Of a stretch of DNA of 64,000 nucleotides, positions 31,168-39,712 are shown piece after piece; position 1 is the stretch's first letter, and every line of letters starts with the position of its first letter. The notes below the pieces were generated by a model. The model was not told the DNA's origin, ran no database searches, and was given only the letters and a program-made list of their open reading frames with translations. This DNA is from Fretibacterium fastidiosum. Its GTDB lineage: Bacteria > Synergistota > Synergistia > Synergistales > Aminobacteriaceae. The stretch is from positions 1,765,106-1,829,105 of the forward strand of contig NZ_OZ209244.1 in the NCBI RefSeq assembly GCF_964642095.1. The letters are read 5' to 3'. Made by a program: the position numbers and the translations under genes.

Positions 31168-31447
31168 GCGTAGAAACAAAACGACGAAGTCGGAACGATG
31201 GGATATGGCGCTTTGCCGGTTCGGTCGCAGTTTGGGCCGGACGCCCCTGAAACCGTCTCGAGGCGTCCGAGGCCCCGTCCCGGACCTGCTGTGGCCCAGG
31301 CCTCCCCGGTGGGGACGGCTCCGGCCCGGCGCGTCCCGGACGGAACGGAGCCCCACGGGGACAGAGGGGCGACGCCGTATTCCATCAATATTCAAGGACG
31401 CTGATTGACGAAAGGCGCGTCCCGGAATGAATTTTAAGGAGGAAAAA

Positions 31448-32554
31448 ATGAAGATCACAGTCGGCGAGAACGAGCGCGCGTTTCTCTTTCGCAACGGTCG
31501 CTTCGTGAGGATGCTGGGAACGGGCAAGCACCGACTGTTTCGCTTTCTGGGAGAGGAAGTCCGTCGGCTGGACGTGAACGACGAGCCCCTGAACGCCGAC
31601 ATCCCGCTGCCGGTCTACCTTCGTGACGAGAACTTCGCGCGGGAGGTAGAGACGGTGCGGGTCTCCGACGGGCACGTGGCCCTGCACTACGTGGACGGAC
31701 GCTTTGCGGGCGTGCTGGAGCCGGGGGAGCACACCTACTGGAAGGTGTTCAGGAGCCACGACTTCAAGCTGGTGGATACGGAGGACGATACCGCTACCCT
31801 GCCTCCGCTGGTCCAGGAGGCCATCCCGAACTCGCTCTGTGAGCGGGTGGAGGTCGATGCCCACGAGGTCGCCCTGCTGTACGTGGACGGACGCTTTGAG
31901 CGCCTGCTGGAGCCGGGACGGTACTTCTTCTGGAGAAACGGCAGGAACATCGACTGGACGCCCTGCGACCTGCGCATCCGCCAGGTGGACGTCGCGGGCC
32001 AGGAGATTCTGACCCTGGACAAGGTGGCCCTTCGTCTCAACTTCGTCTGCACGTACCGAGTCCTGGACCCGGTGCGCCTGTATCGGGAACAGGAGGACCC
32101 GGAGCGCCAGCTCTACGCGGCCCTTCAGTTGGCCCTGCGCGAGGTGGTGGGACACCTGCGGTTCGACGAGCTCCTGGAGCGCAGGAACGACCTGGGCTCC
32201 CTGGTCCTGGAGGCCCTGCCCCATGACGGAATCGTGGAGTTCGTCTCCGCGGGGCTTCGGGACATCGTCCTGCCAGGCGAGATCCGGGAGATCATGAACA
32301 CGGTGTTGGTCGCAGAGAAGAAGGCCCAGGCCAGCGTCATCACCCGACGCGAGGAGGTGGCCTCCACCCGCAGCCTGTTGAACACCGCAAAGCTCATGGA
32401 GGAGAACGCCACACTCTTCAAGCTGAAGGAGCTGGAGTACCTGGAACGCATCTGTGAGAAGGTAGGATCCATCTCGCTGGACAACGCCTCCGGGATCCTG
32501 GAGCAGTTGCGGACCATGACCGCCCTCAGCGGGACGAAGTCCGACGAAAGGTAA
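31448..32554 (+). CDS. SPFH/band-7 (stomatin-prohibitin-flotillin) domain protein with three N-terminal YxDGRF-type repeats
   Basis: ATG at 31448 after AAGGAGG. C-terminal part (QEILTLDKVALRLNFVCTYRVLDPVRLYREQEDPERQLYAALQLALREVVGHLRFDELLERR...) is an SPFH/PHB core. N-terminus carries three similar ~35-aa motifs (FLFRNGRFVRMLGTGKH / HYVDGRFAGVLEPGEHTYW / LYVDGRFERLLEPGRYFFW). Confidence 0.7.
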   Translation: MKITVGENERAFLFRNGRFVRMLGTGKHRLFRFLGEEVRRLDVNDEPLNADIPLPVYLRDENFAREVETVRVSDGHVALHYVDGRFAGVLEPGEHTYWKVFRSHDFKLVDTEDDTATLPPLVQEAIPNSLCERVEVDAHEVALLYVDGRFERLLEPGRYFFWRNGRNIDWTPCDLRIRQVDVAGQEILTLDKVALRLNFVCTYRVLDPVRLYREQEDPERQLYAALQLALREVVGHLRFDELLERRNDLGSLVLEALPHDGIVEFVSAGLRDIVLPGEIREIMNTVLVAEKKAQASVITRREEVASTRSLLNTAKLMEENATLFKLKELEYLERICEKVGSISLDNASGILEQLRTMTALSGTKSDER

Positions 32555-32612
32555 CTGGATTTTTAAGGTAACGCCAGGGATGGAGAGGGTGCCTCTCTCG
32601 TGGTATCTCTCC

Positions 32613-35333
32613 CTACAACCCGCGAGCGATGGCTTTGAATGCTTCTATATTACACGTGCCCGGCCAGCCCGGTTGTCTTTGCTGAAACACCATGTAGTAG
32701 CGGAAGTCTTTCCCTGCCGCGCTGGCCCATTTGTCCCCGGTCCAGGCTTTTTCCCGTGAGTCCGCGTTCTCCAAGTGGTCGCCCTTCGCCTCGATCATCA
32801 AGACTTTGCCACTTTTGGTCATTGCGATGAAGTCCGGGTAGGCGTGCAGGGGCCCGTTGATCTGAAACTCCCGCTTGGCGATGTTCCGGTGCCACCACAA
32901 CAGGTTATCCATACCGGAAAGCTCCATCACCATGTCCCGCTCGTAGCCGTTCATGTCCTCCTCGGCGGTGTAGAGGGACTTTGCGATCGCCGCGGTGTGA
33001 CGGACCGGAGAGATGACCTCCCGCAGACGAAAGGAGGGACGGCAGATGATCTTTCCCTGATTCAGCAGAAGCTCAAAACGCTTCCTTCGGTGTTCCGTCA
33101 GCAGCGCGTTGATCTTTTCCTGAATCTTCCTGAAGTACGGGAAGGGCGATTGCTCCATGTCCCCAAGCTGATCTGAGTCCATGTTCTCCACGACGCGCTC
33201 GACGTACTTTCTCAGGTCAACGTCGCTGATGCAGTTGATCTTTGACGAAAGCTGCTCGAAGATCGTCTGCCGACACACGGCTATCCTCACGGTGGAGGGC
33301 TGGGAGCTGAACCACTTTTTGAACTGGAGGCTATCCGCTTCGGAGAGCTTCCAGGCCCTGGGAGCCTCGCCCTTCGCCCCCACGTCCACGCCGCCGATCT
33401 GGGTGTTCATCGTGCTGAAGTCGATCATCGTGTCTTTGTTCCGCAACGTGAAGTCCACCGTCAGGTCCTCCGGCTCCACGATCTCATAGTTGGCGTAGTC
33501 CCCCTCGTCCAGGGAGAGCAGGAGCATCTCCTTCTGTATCATGAACTGCGGAAGGATCAGTTTCTGCGCCGTCTCCCGATACTCCTCCCGCATCGCAAAA
33601 TACTCCATCTTCTCCCGCACCTCCACCGGAACGCGCGACAGGCCGCCGCCGTTTTTGCCGTCCCCGCCTTCCTCCTTCTCCATCTCCGCCTCGTATTTCG
33701 CGTTTTGCTCCAGCGCGCGGGCTAAGAGGTCATGACCGGGAATTTCGTCGGATATTTCAGGTTCCGACGAGCGATCCTCGTCCGGTTTCATCGCCTCCGC
33801 CACCCTGGTTTTCAGCGCGACGACGTCCACGTCCTGGTCCTCATTTGCCTCTGGAGTCTCATGGGCGCCCGATGGGTTCATTGAATCCGCTTCGGGGGAG
33901 ATGTGGAGCTGCAGGGCGGAAGGTTGCGTGTCCGCCTCGGCGGCGGGCGCAGAGTCCTCCGCGCGGTAGTCCCGACTGCTGAAGCCTGCGTTGTTCAACC
34001 CTGCCACCACGCGCTCCAGCGTGTCGTAGAAGTCGGCCGACGACGTGATGACGTAGGAGAGGTTCAACACCTCGCTCTTGTTTTTTCGCGCGTGCGGAAG
34101 GCGCAGGACGCGCCCCAGTATCTGCTCCACGTCGACCGGCGAAGATCGGTTTGCCACCGTGGCCAGCACGTAGGCAAAGGGGCAGTCCCAGCCCTCCTTC
34201 AGCGCGTTGACCGTGATGATAAAGCGCACCGGGCAGTCCTGCGAGAGCAGGTCCACGCCCCGCAGCTCGTCCCGGTCGGCGGTCTTTATGGCGATCTGCG
34301 CCTCCGGGATGCCCGCATCCACCAGCGTGTCCCTGATCTTCTGGTATGTCGCGTTGTCCGTGCTGTTCTTCGGCTGGGCCTGAAACAGGGCGATGGGGCG
34401 GATGTACGCCCCGGACTTCTCCGAGGCGGCGGCCCGCTCCAGCTTCTCCCGGATGCTGATGGCGTCTGCGTACACGTCGCCCTGGGTTCGGCGGTTATAG
34501 ACGATGACCGGTAGCTTCACCATGTGCTCTCGCTTCAGCTGCACGGCGTCCACGAAGGAGATCACGTTGCTCCTTTCCTTCGGTGTGGCCGTCAGCTCCA
34601 GCACGAAGCAGGGGTTGAAGTTCGCCAGCATCTCCCGGCTCAACTCGCTTTGGGCGTGGTGGCTCTCGTCCACGATCACCATTGGATTCATGCGGCGGAT
34701 GACCTGTATCAGCGCCGTGTCGTCGGCCTCCGCCGATGCGCCGCCGCTTTCGGCCTCCTGCTCCCTGTAAAATCTGGCGAAGGGAGCCAGGTTCCCGTTC
34801 TCCTGATAGGCCTTTCGGCCCTCCTTATTCTTTGTCCGGAAGGAATCATAGGACAGCACGAAGACGGAGAGCTGCTCCGTCACGGCCACGGGGTTGAAGT
34901 TCTGGCCGTTCAGAAGTTCCTGTTTCGTATAGACCTCAACGCGGCCGCTGAAGTCCAGGTTCAACTGCTGGCGGTAGGGGTGGCTGGCGGTGGAGAGCGC
35001 CTGATGCGTCTGCGTCAGGATAGCGTCCGATGGCACGAGCCACGCTACGGCCCGCACGCGACGGGCGGGCATGGCATTGAAGACCCGGCGCACCGCGTTG
35101 GCAGCGATGAAGGTTTTGCCGCCGCCGGTGGGCACCTTCAGGCACACTTCCGGCACACCCTCCAGTCCGACGCGGTAGGTCGCCATTCCGCTTTTTCCGC
35201 CATCGGTCACGGGCACGCCCCGCTCCTCCCACAATCGGCGGTAGGCCTCCCTGCTGTTCTGCGTTTCGTTCAACAAGTCAAGGAAACGCGACAGATCGGC
35301 GAGGACATCCTGTTGATACGATTTCAACTCCAT
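32613..35333 (-). CDS. res: Type III restriction enzyme Res subunit (SF2 helicase-like ATPase with C-terminal PD-(D/E)XK nuclease)
   Basis: 906 aa. Walker A PTGGGKT. DESHH (DEAH-like) box. C-terminal ...VLMIEAKGDHL... nuclease motif. Immediately downstream of the mod gene on the same strand. Confidence 0.8.
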   Translation of the reverse strand: MELKSYQQDVLADLSRFLDLLNETQNSREAYRRLWEERGVPVTDGGKSGMATYRVGLEGVPEVCLKVPTGGGKTFIAANAVRRVFNAMPARRVRAVAWLVPSDAILTQTHQALSTASHPYRQQLNLDFSGRVEVYTKQELLNGQNFNPVAVTEQLSVFVLSYDSFRTKNKEGRKAYQENGNLAPFARFYREQEAESGGASAEADDTALIQVIRRMNPMVIVDESHHAQSELSREMLANFNPCFVLELTATPKERSNVISFVDAVQLKREHMVKLPVIVYNRRTQGDVYADAISIREKLERAAASEKSGAYIRPIALFQAQPKNSTDNATYQKIRDTLVDAGIPEAQIAIKTADRDELRGVDLLSQDCPVRFIITVNALKEGWDCPFAYVLATVANRSSPVDVEQILGRVLRLPHARKNKSEVLNLSYVITSSADFYDTLERVVAGLNNAGFSSRDYRAEDSAPAAEADTQPSALQLHISPEADSMNPSGAHETPEANEDQDVDVVALKTRVAEAMKPDEDRSSEPEISDEIPGHDLLARALEQNAKYEAEMEKEEGGDGKNGGGLSRVPVEVREKMEYFAMREEYRETAQKLILPQFMIQKEMLLLSLDEGDYANYEIVEPEDLTVDFTLRNKDTMIDFSTMNTQIGGVDVGAKGEAPRAWKLSEADSLQFKKWFSSQPSTVRIAVCRQTIFEQLSSKINCISDVDLRKYVERVVENMDSDQLGDMEQSPFPYFRKIQEKINALLTEHRRKRFELLLNQGKIICRPSFRLREVISPVRHTAAIAKSLYTAEEDMNGYERDMVMELSGMDNLLWWHRNIAKREFQINGPLHAYPDFIAMTKSGKVLMIEAKGDHLENADSREKAWTGDKWASAAGKDFRYYMVFQQRQPGWPGTCNIEAFKAIARGL

Positions 35334-35345
35334 CTTTCGCGCCCC

Positions 35346-37070
35346 CTATATCTTCGTTATGTCCCGCGGGATTTTCTTAAATAAGACTCCGTATTTTTTC
35401 AGCTTGGCCGCCGACAAGGTGCAGATGTCCGCGTAGATGACTCTGGCAGCCGGCCCCGCCGGGAGCGTCCGCAAAAAGGCTTCGTCCAGGGCCGTGGGGC
35501 GGTCCGGCTCGTAGTAGAAATAGTACTCCGTCCCGTTCCATTCCCCCAGGCGCCAGGGGCTGGCGTCCGTTGGCGCCCCGGCCCAGGGCTGGCGCGTCTC
35601 CGTGTACCACACGTACTCCATCAGGCGCTCCGTCGGCGTCCTGGGGTTGATCAGGCCCTCCGCCGTCATCACCGTCGGGCCCAGCTCACAGAAGGTGAAG
35701 TCTCCACCCGTGCCTTCCGTGCCGCCGTAGCCGTTGATGACCCGGCGCACGCGCTCCGCCGTGATGCTCTCGGCGTAGTCCATCATCTCGACGAGGATGA
35801 ACCGCCGCCGCCCGCCGTCGGCTTTGTTCATATTCAGCACGGCGTGGGCCGTGGTGCCGGACCCGGCGAAGGAATCCAGGATGATGGAGTCGGGGTCGCC
35901 CGCTATCTTCAACACGAACTCTACCAGCCGCCGGGGTTTCGGTGTGTCAAAGGTGGCCCGGCCGTCGAAGATGGCCAGCATCTCCTTCTTCGCCTCGTCG
36001 GTGTGCCCCGTCTCCGCGTAGGTCCACAGATTCGTCGGCAGACGTCCGCCCACGCTGTCGAGGTATGTCTTTCTCGTGATGCCGCCTTTGCCGCCCTTCG
36101 TGAAGTAGAACCGTGGCCACTGGCCCCGCTTGTACACCTTTCGCGCATCGGCGGCGGCCTTCTCCGGAGGAACCGCCAACACGATGGCCTGCACTCCGGG
36201 GCGCACCTCCTCCGCCGCCACGCCGCACACGATCGCCCGTGCCTCCTCGTCGTGGAGGTCTTGCAGCTTGTAGGCCGTCCACCCGCTCATGATCTCCAGC
36301 ATCTGGTCCTGTCCGAAGGTCCAACAACGTCCATTTGTTGGGTAAATCATCTCGCCGGTAAAGGGGTGCTGGATGGCGTACACCATGCCCTGATGGGTGG
36401 CCGCGCCGGGCGCAAAGGGGTTATCAGAGCGCCACAAGGCTACGTCGTTGTCTGGGTTCCTATATTTTGCGTCCATCTCTTCCGTCCTTGGGAGTTTGTT
36501 TGGATTCCAGCCGGGACGCCGGCTGTAGGTCAGGATGTGTTCCACCTCGTTGACGATGCCCTTGGAGTCGTTGCGGGTGGAGTAGGTGCGCTGCCATGAG
36601 ATATTGGACACGAAGCAGTCCGGGCCGAATATCTCATCACACACGGCCTTCAGGTTGGAGTATTCCGCGTCGTCAATGCTGATGAAGATCGCGCCGGCAG
36701 GGCTCAACAGGCGGTGCAGCAGCCGAAGGCGCGGGTACATCATGCAGAGCCATTTGTCGTGTCGGCTCAGGTCCTCGCCCTCTTTTCCCACCACCGCCCC
36801 CAGCCAGCGACGGATCCTCGGGTCGTTCACGTTGTCGTTGTACACCCAGCCCTCGTTGCCGGTGTTGTATGGCGGGTCGATGTACACGCACTTAACGCGA
36901 CCTTCGTAGCGCGGCAGAAGGGCCTTGAGGGCCTCCAAGTTGTCGCCGCGTATGATGAGGTTGTCGCTCTCATCGGCCCCCACGGTGTATTTCTTCTCCA
37001 GCACGCGGAAGGGGACCTCCTGGTGGTGGTTGATCACCTTGTCCTTCCCGATCCATTCAAGCGTTGGCAT
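35346..37070 (-). CDS. mod: Type III R-M Mod subunit (N6-adenine DNA methyltransferase)
   Basis: 574 aa. Catalytic DPPYNTG (motif IV). SAM-binding FAGSGTT (motif I). Beta-class order typical of Type III Mod. Confidence 0.85.
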   Translation of the reverse strand: MPTLEWIGKDKVINHHQEVPFRVLEKKYTVGADESDNLIIRGDNLEALKALLPRYEGRVKCVYIDPPYNTGNEGWVYNDNVNDPRIRRWLGAVVGKEGEDLSRHDKWLCMMYPRLRLLHRLLSPAGAIFISIDDAEYSNLKAVCDEIFGPDCFVSNISWQRTYSTRNDSKGIVNEVEHILTYSRRPGWNPNKLPRTEEMDAKYRNPDNDVALWRSDNPFAPGAATHQGMVYAIQHPFTGEMIYPTNGRCWTFGQDQMLEIMSGWTAYKLQDLHDEEARAIVCGVAAEEVRPGVQAIVLAVPPEKAAADARKVYKRGQWPRFYFTKGGKGGITRKTYLDSVGGRLPTNLWTYAETGHTDEAKKEMLAIFDGRATFDTPKPRRLVEFVLKIAGDPDSIILDSFAGSGTTAHAVLNMNKADGGRRRFILVEMMDYAESITAERVRRVINGYGGTEGTGGDFTFCELGPTVMTAEGLINPRTPTERLMEYVWYTETRQPWAGAPTDASPWRLGEWNGTEYYFYYEPDRPTALDEAFLRTLPAGPAARVIYADICTLSAAKLKKYGVLFKKIPRDITKI

Positions 37071-37373
37071 GAGCTGTACCTCCGTTGGTTCGTTCGTTCC
37101 GCTCCAGATACGAGCCGTGCGGCCTGCTCTGACCGTGGCCGTGACCCCGCGTCGGCCTCTTCAGTCGGATGCCTCCCCCGTAAGGAGTAAACTCGATTTT
37201 ATCACCAACCTTTGCTGTGTGATCGCCCCGATCGCCGGCACAAGTCGCCTCCCTTTTCCGGGGAGGCGACGACGTATTCTGGTTCGGGGAAGGTTGATTG
37301 ATTGAACGCAGAGTTTCGTCAACGCAGGTTTTTGCGTGTTGACCCTGGGTTACGCGCAAAATGCGCTGCAAAT

Positions 37374-37403
37374 TTGGGGTTTGTGACCCGTTGTTGCTAT
37401 AAT
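37374..37403 (+). promoter_or_regulatory. candidate promoter of the Rpn array (TTGGGG-18-TGcTATAAT, extended -10)
   Basis: TATAAT at 37398-37403 preceded by TGC. About 30 nt upstream of the first Rpn start. Confidence 0.45.
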
Positions 37404-37432
37404 AAAGCCAACGAATACGTTGCCTGCTGGGG

Positions 37433-38554
37433 GTGATGAACATGGATGATGACAAGGGAGAGAAGTCGAGGGGCGTTCCGGTGATGACGACGCACGAACG
37501 GCAGGAGATGCTGAACCTCCAGGAGCAGGGGGAGCTGCCGGAGAACATCGACCGCTCCACCGACCTGTACTTCCGCTTCCTGCTGGGGACGCCGGCGCGG
37601 GGCCGGCTGCTTCGCGATATGCTGAACGCCTTCTTCGGCGCCCTGGGCTATCCCCTGCTGCAGACGGTGACCCTCACGGACACCGAGCGCGAGCCCGAGG
37701 CGCTGGGGGCGAAGTACACGCGCCTCGACCTGACGGCGCTGGACGATCTGGGCCGCACCCTCCACATCGAGATGCAGCGGGAGAACTACACCCACTTTCA
37801 AAAGCGCTGCCTCTTCTACCTGTGCCGGAACTACACGAGGTCGCTCAAGAGGGGCGAAGGGTACGCGAGCCTGTCCCCGATCGTCTCCATCTCCCTGTTG
37901 GGATTCGACCTTTTCGAGGGAGAGCGTGGGCTGTGGGACTTTGCGCTGATGAACCCTGATACGGGGCGTCGCCTGATGGAGGCGGACGACCTTCTTCTGT
38001 TCTACGTCGAGCTGAACAAGGCGTCGCGCCCCCTTCGGGAGCTGCGGGCGAAGCTGAAGGCGAGGCCGGGGCACGTTCTGAGCCCCGAGGAGCGTGCGCA
38101 GGTATGGGGAGGCTACATCAACAACGAGAGCGAGGGGTTGGCCCTGCTGCGCGAGAGCTTGTCGGGGGATACCGTTTTTTCGGAGGTGAGCGAGGTGGAG
38201 CAGGAGTACTGGAGTTCTCCGGAGAACCGCTACTATCAGCTGCGGGAGATGATGACGCAGCTGGATTATAAGGCGATTCGTGAGGACCGTCTGGCGGAGG
38301 CGACGAGGGCAGTCCGTGAAAAGGCTTGGGCCGAGGGTGTAGCCGAGGGCAGAGCTAAAGGCGAGGCTAAGGGCTGGACTAAAGGCAAAGCTGAGGGCAA
38401 AGCTGAAGGCAAGGCCGAGGGCATAGCCGAGGGCGAGTTACTGGGCAGGCAGGAGACGGCGCGCGCCATGCTGCGGGAAGGGATGTCCCCGGCTTCTGTC
38501 GCGCGCTTCACCCGCCTTTCCCCGGGCGAGGTCGAAGCCCTGAAGGGGAGTTGA
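37433..38554 (+). CDS. Rpn (YhgA-like) family PD-(D/E)XK recombination-promoting nuclease / putative transposase, paralog 1
   Basis: 373 aa. N-terminal conserved core. C-terminal low-complexity repeat AEGVAEGRAKGEAKGWTKGKAEGKAEGKAEGIAEGELLGRQETARAMLREGMS typical of the TIGR01784/Rpn family. First of three tandem copies. Confidence 0.7.
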   Translation: MMNMDDDKGEKSRGVPVMTTHERQEMLNLQEQGELPENIDRSTDLYFRFLLGTPARGRLLRDMLNAFFGALGYPLLQTVTLTDTEREPEALGAKYTRLDLTALDDLGRTLHIEMQRENYTHFQKRCLFYLCRNYTRSLKRGEGYASLSPIVSISLLGFDLFEGERGLWDFALMNPDTGRRLMEADDLLLFYVELNKASRPLRELRAKLKARPGHVLSPEERAQVWGGYINNESEGLALLRESLSGDTVFSEVSEVEQEYWSSPENRYYQLREMMTQLDYKAIREDRLAEATRAVREKAWAEGVAEGRAKGEAKGWTKGKAEGKAEGKAEGIAEGELLGRQETARAMLREGMSPASVARFTRLSPGEVEALKGS

Positions 38555-38596
38555 GAGGACGGACGATCGGCGGATTCGCGTGGCCGTTTTCAGGGA

Positions 38597-39670
38597 GTGA
38601 TGAACGTGGATGATGGCAAGGGAGAGAAGGCGAGGGTCGTTCCGGCGATGACGACGCACGAGCGGCAGGAGATGCTGAACCTCCAGGAGCAGGGGGAGCT
38701 GCCGGAGAACATCGACCGCTCCACCGACCTGTACTTCCGCTTCCTGCTGGGGACGCCGGCGCGGGGCCGGCTGCTTCGCGATATGCTGAACGCCTTCTTC
38801 GGCGCCCTGGGCTATCCCCTGTTGCAGACGGTGACCCTCACGGACACCGAGCGCGAGCCCGAGGCGCTGGGGGCGAAGTACACGCGCCTCGACCTGACGG
38901 CGCTGGACGACCTGGGCCGCACCCTCCACATCGAGATGCAGCGGGAGAACTACACCCACTTTCAGAAGCGCTGCCTCTTCTACCTGTGTCGGAACTACAC
39001 GAGGTCGCTCAAGAGGGGCGAGGGGTACGCGAGCCTGTCCCCGATCGTCTCCATCTCCCTGTTGGGATTCGACCTTTTCGAGGGAGAGCGTGGGCTGTGG
39101 GACTTCGCACTGATGAACCCCGGGACGGGGCGTCGTCTGATGGAGGTGGACGACCTTCTTCTGTTCTACGTCGAGCTGAACAAGGCGAAGCACCCCCTTC
39201 GGGAGCTGCGGGCGAAGCTGAAGGCGAGGCCGGGGCACATTCTGAGTCCCGAGGAGCGCGCGCAGGTATGGGGAGGCTACATCAACAACGAGAGCGAGGG
39301 GCTGGCCCTTCTGCGCGAGAGCTTGTCGGGGGATACCGTTTTTTCGGAGGTGAGCGAGGTGGAGCAGGAGTACTGGAGTTCTCCGGAGAACCGCTACTAT
39401 CAGCTGCGGGAGATGATGACGCAACTGGATTACAAGGCGATTCGGGAGGACCGGCTGGTGGAGGCGACGAGGGCGGTCCGCGAGAAGGCTTGGGCTGAGG
39501 GCGAGGCTAAAGGCTGGACTAAAGGTAAAGCTGAAGGTAAAGCCGAGGGCGAGCTGTTGGGCAGGCAGGAGACGGCACGCGCCATGCTGCGGGAAGGGAT
39601 GTCTCCGGCTTCCGTCGCGCGCTTCACCCGCCTTTCCCCGGGCGAGGTCGAGGCCCTGAAGGAGCGTTGA
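38597..39670 (+). CDS. Rpn (YhgA-like) family nuclease, paralog 2
   Basis: 357 aa. Over 90% identical to paralog 1 by eye. Shorter KAEG repeat tract (AEGEAKGWTKGKAEGKAEGELLG). Confidence 0.7.
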   Translation: MMNVDDGKGEKARVVPAMTTHERQEMLNLQEQGELPENIDRSTDLYFRFLLGTPARGRLLRDMLNAFFGALGYPLLQTVTLTDTEREPEALGAKYTRLDLTALDDLGRTLHIEMQRENYTHFQKRCLFYLCRNYTRSLKRGEGYASLSPIVSISLLGFDLFEGERGLWDFALMNPGTGRRLMEVDDLLLFYVELNKAKHPLRELRAKLKARPGHILSPEERAQVWGGYINNESEGLALLRESLSGDTVFSEVSEVEQEYWSSPENRYYQLREMMTQLDYKAIREDRLVEATRAVREKAWAEGEAKGWTKGKAEGKAEGELLGRQETARAMLREGMSPASVARFTRLSPGEVEALKER

Positions 39671-39712
39671 GGGGACGGACGATCGGCAGATTTGCGTGGC
39701 CGCTTTCAGGGG

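Noticed and set aside
30868-31602. Minus-strand ORFs (244 aa / 147 aa) translating to repeated ...LPAGAGFEPAT... across the tRNA-remnant cluster
   Set aside because: The repeated GFEPAT is the reverse translation of tRNA T-arm sequence (GGTTCGAATCC). The ORF spans non-coding tRNA fragments and the SPFH start region.
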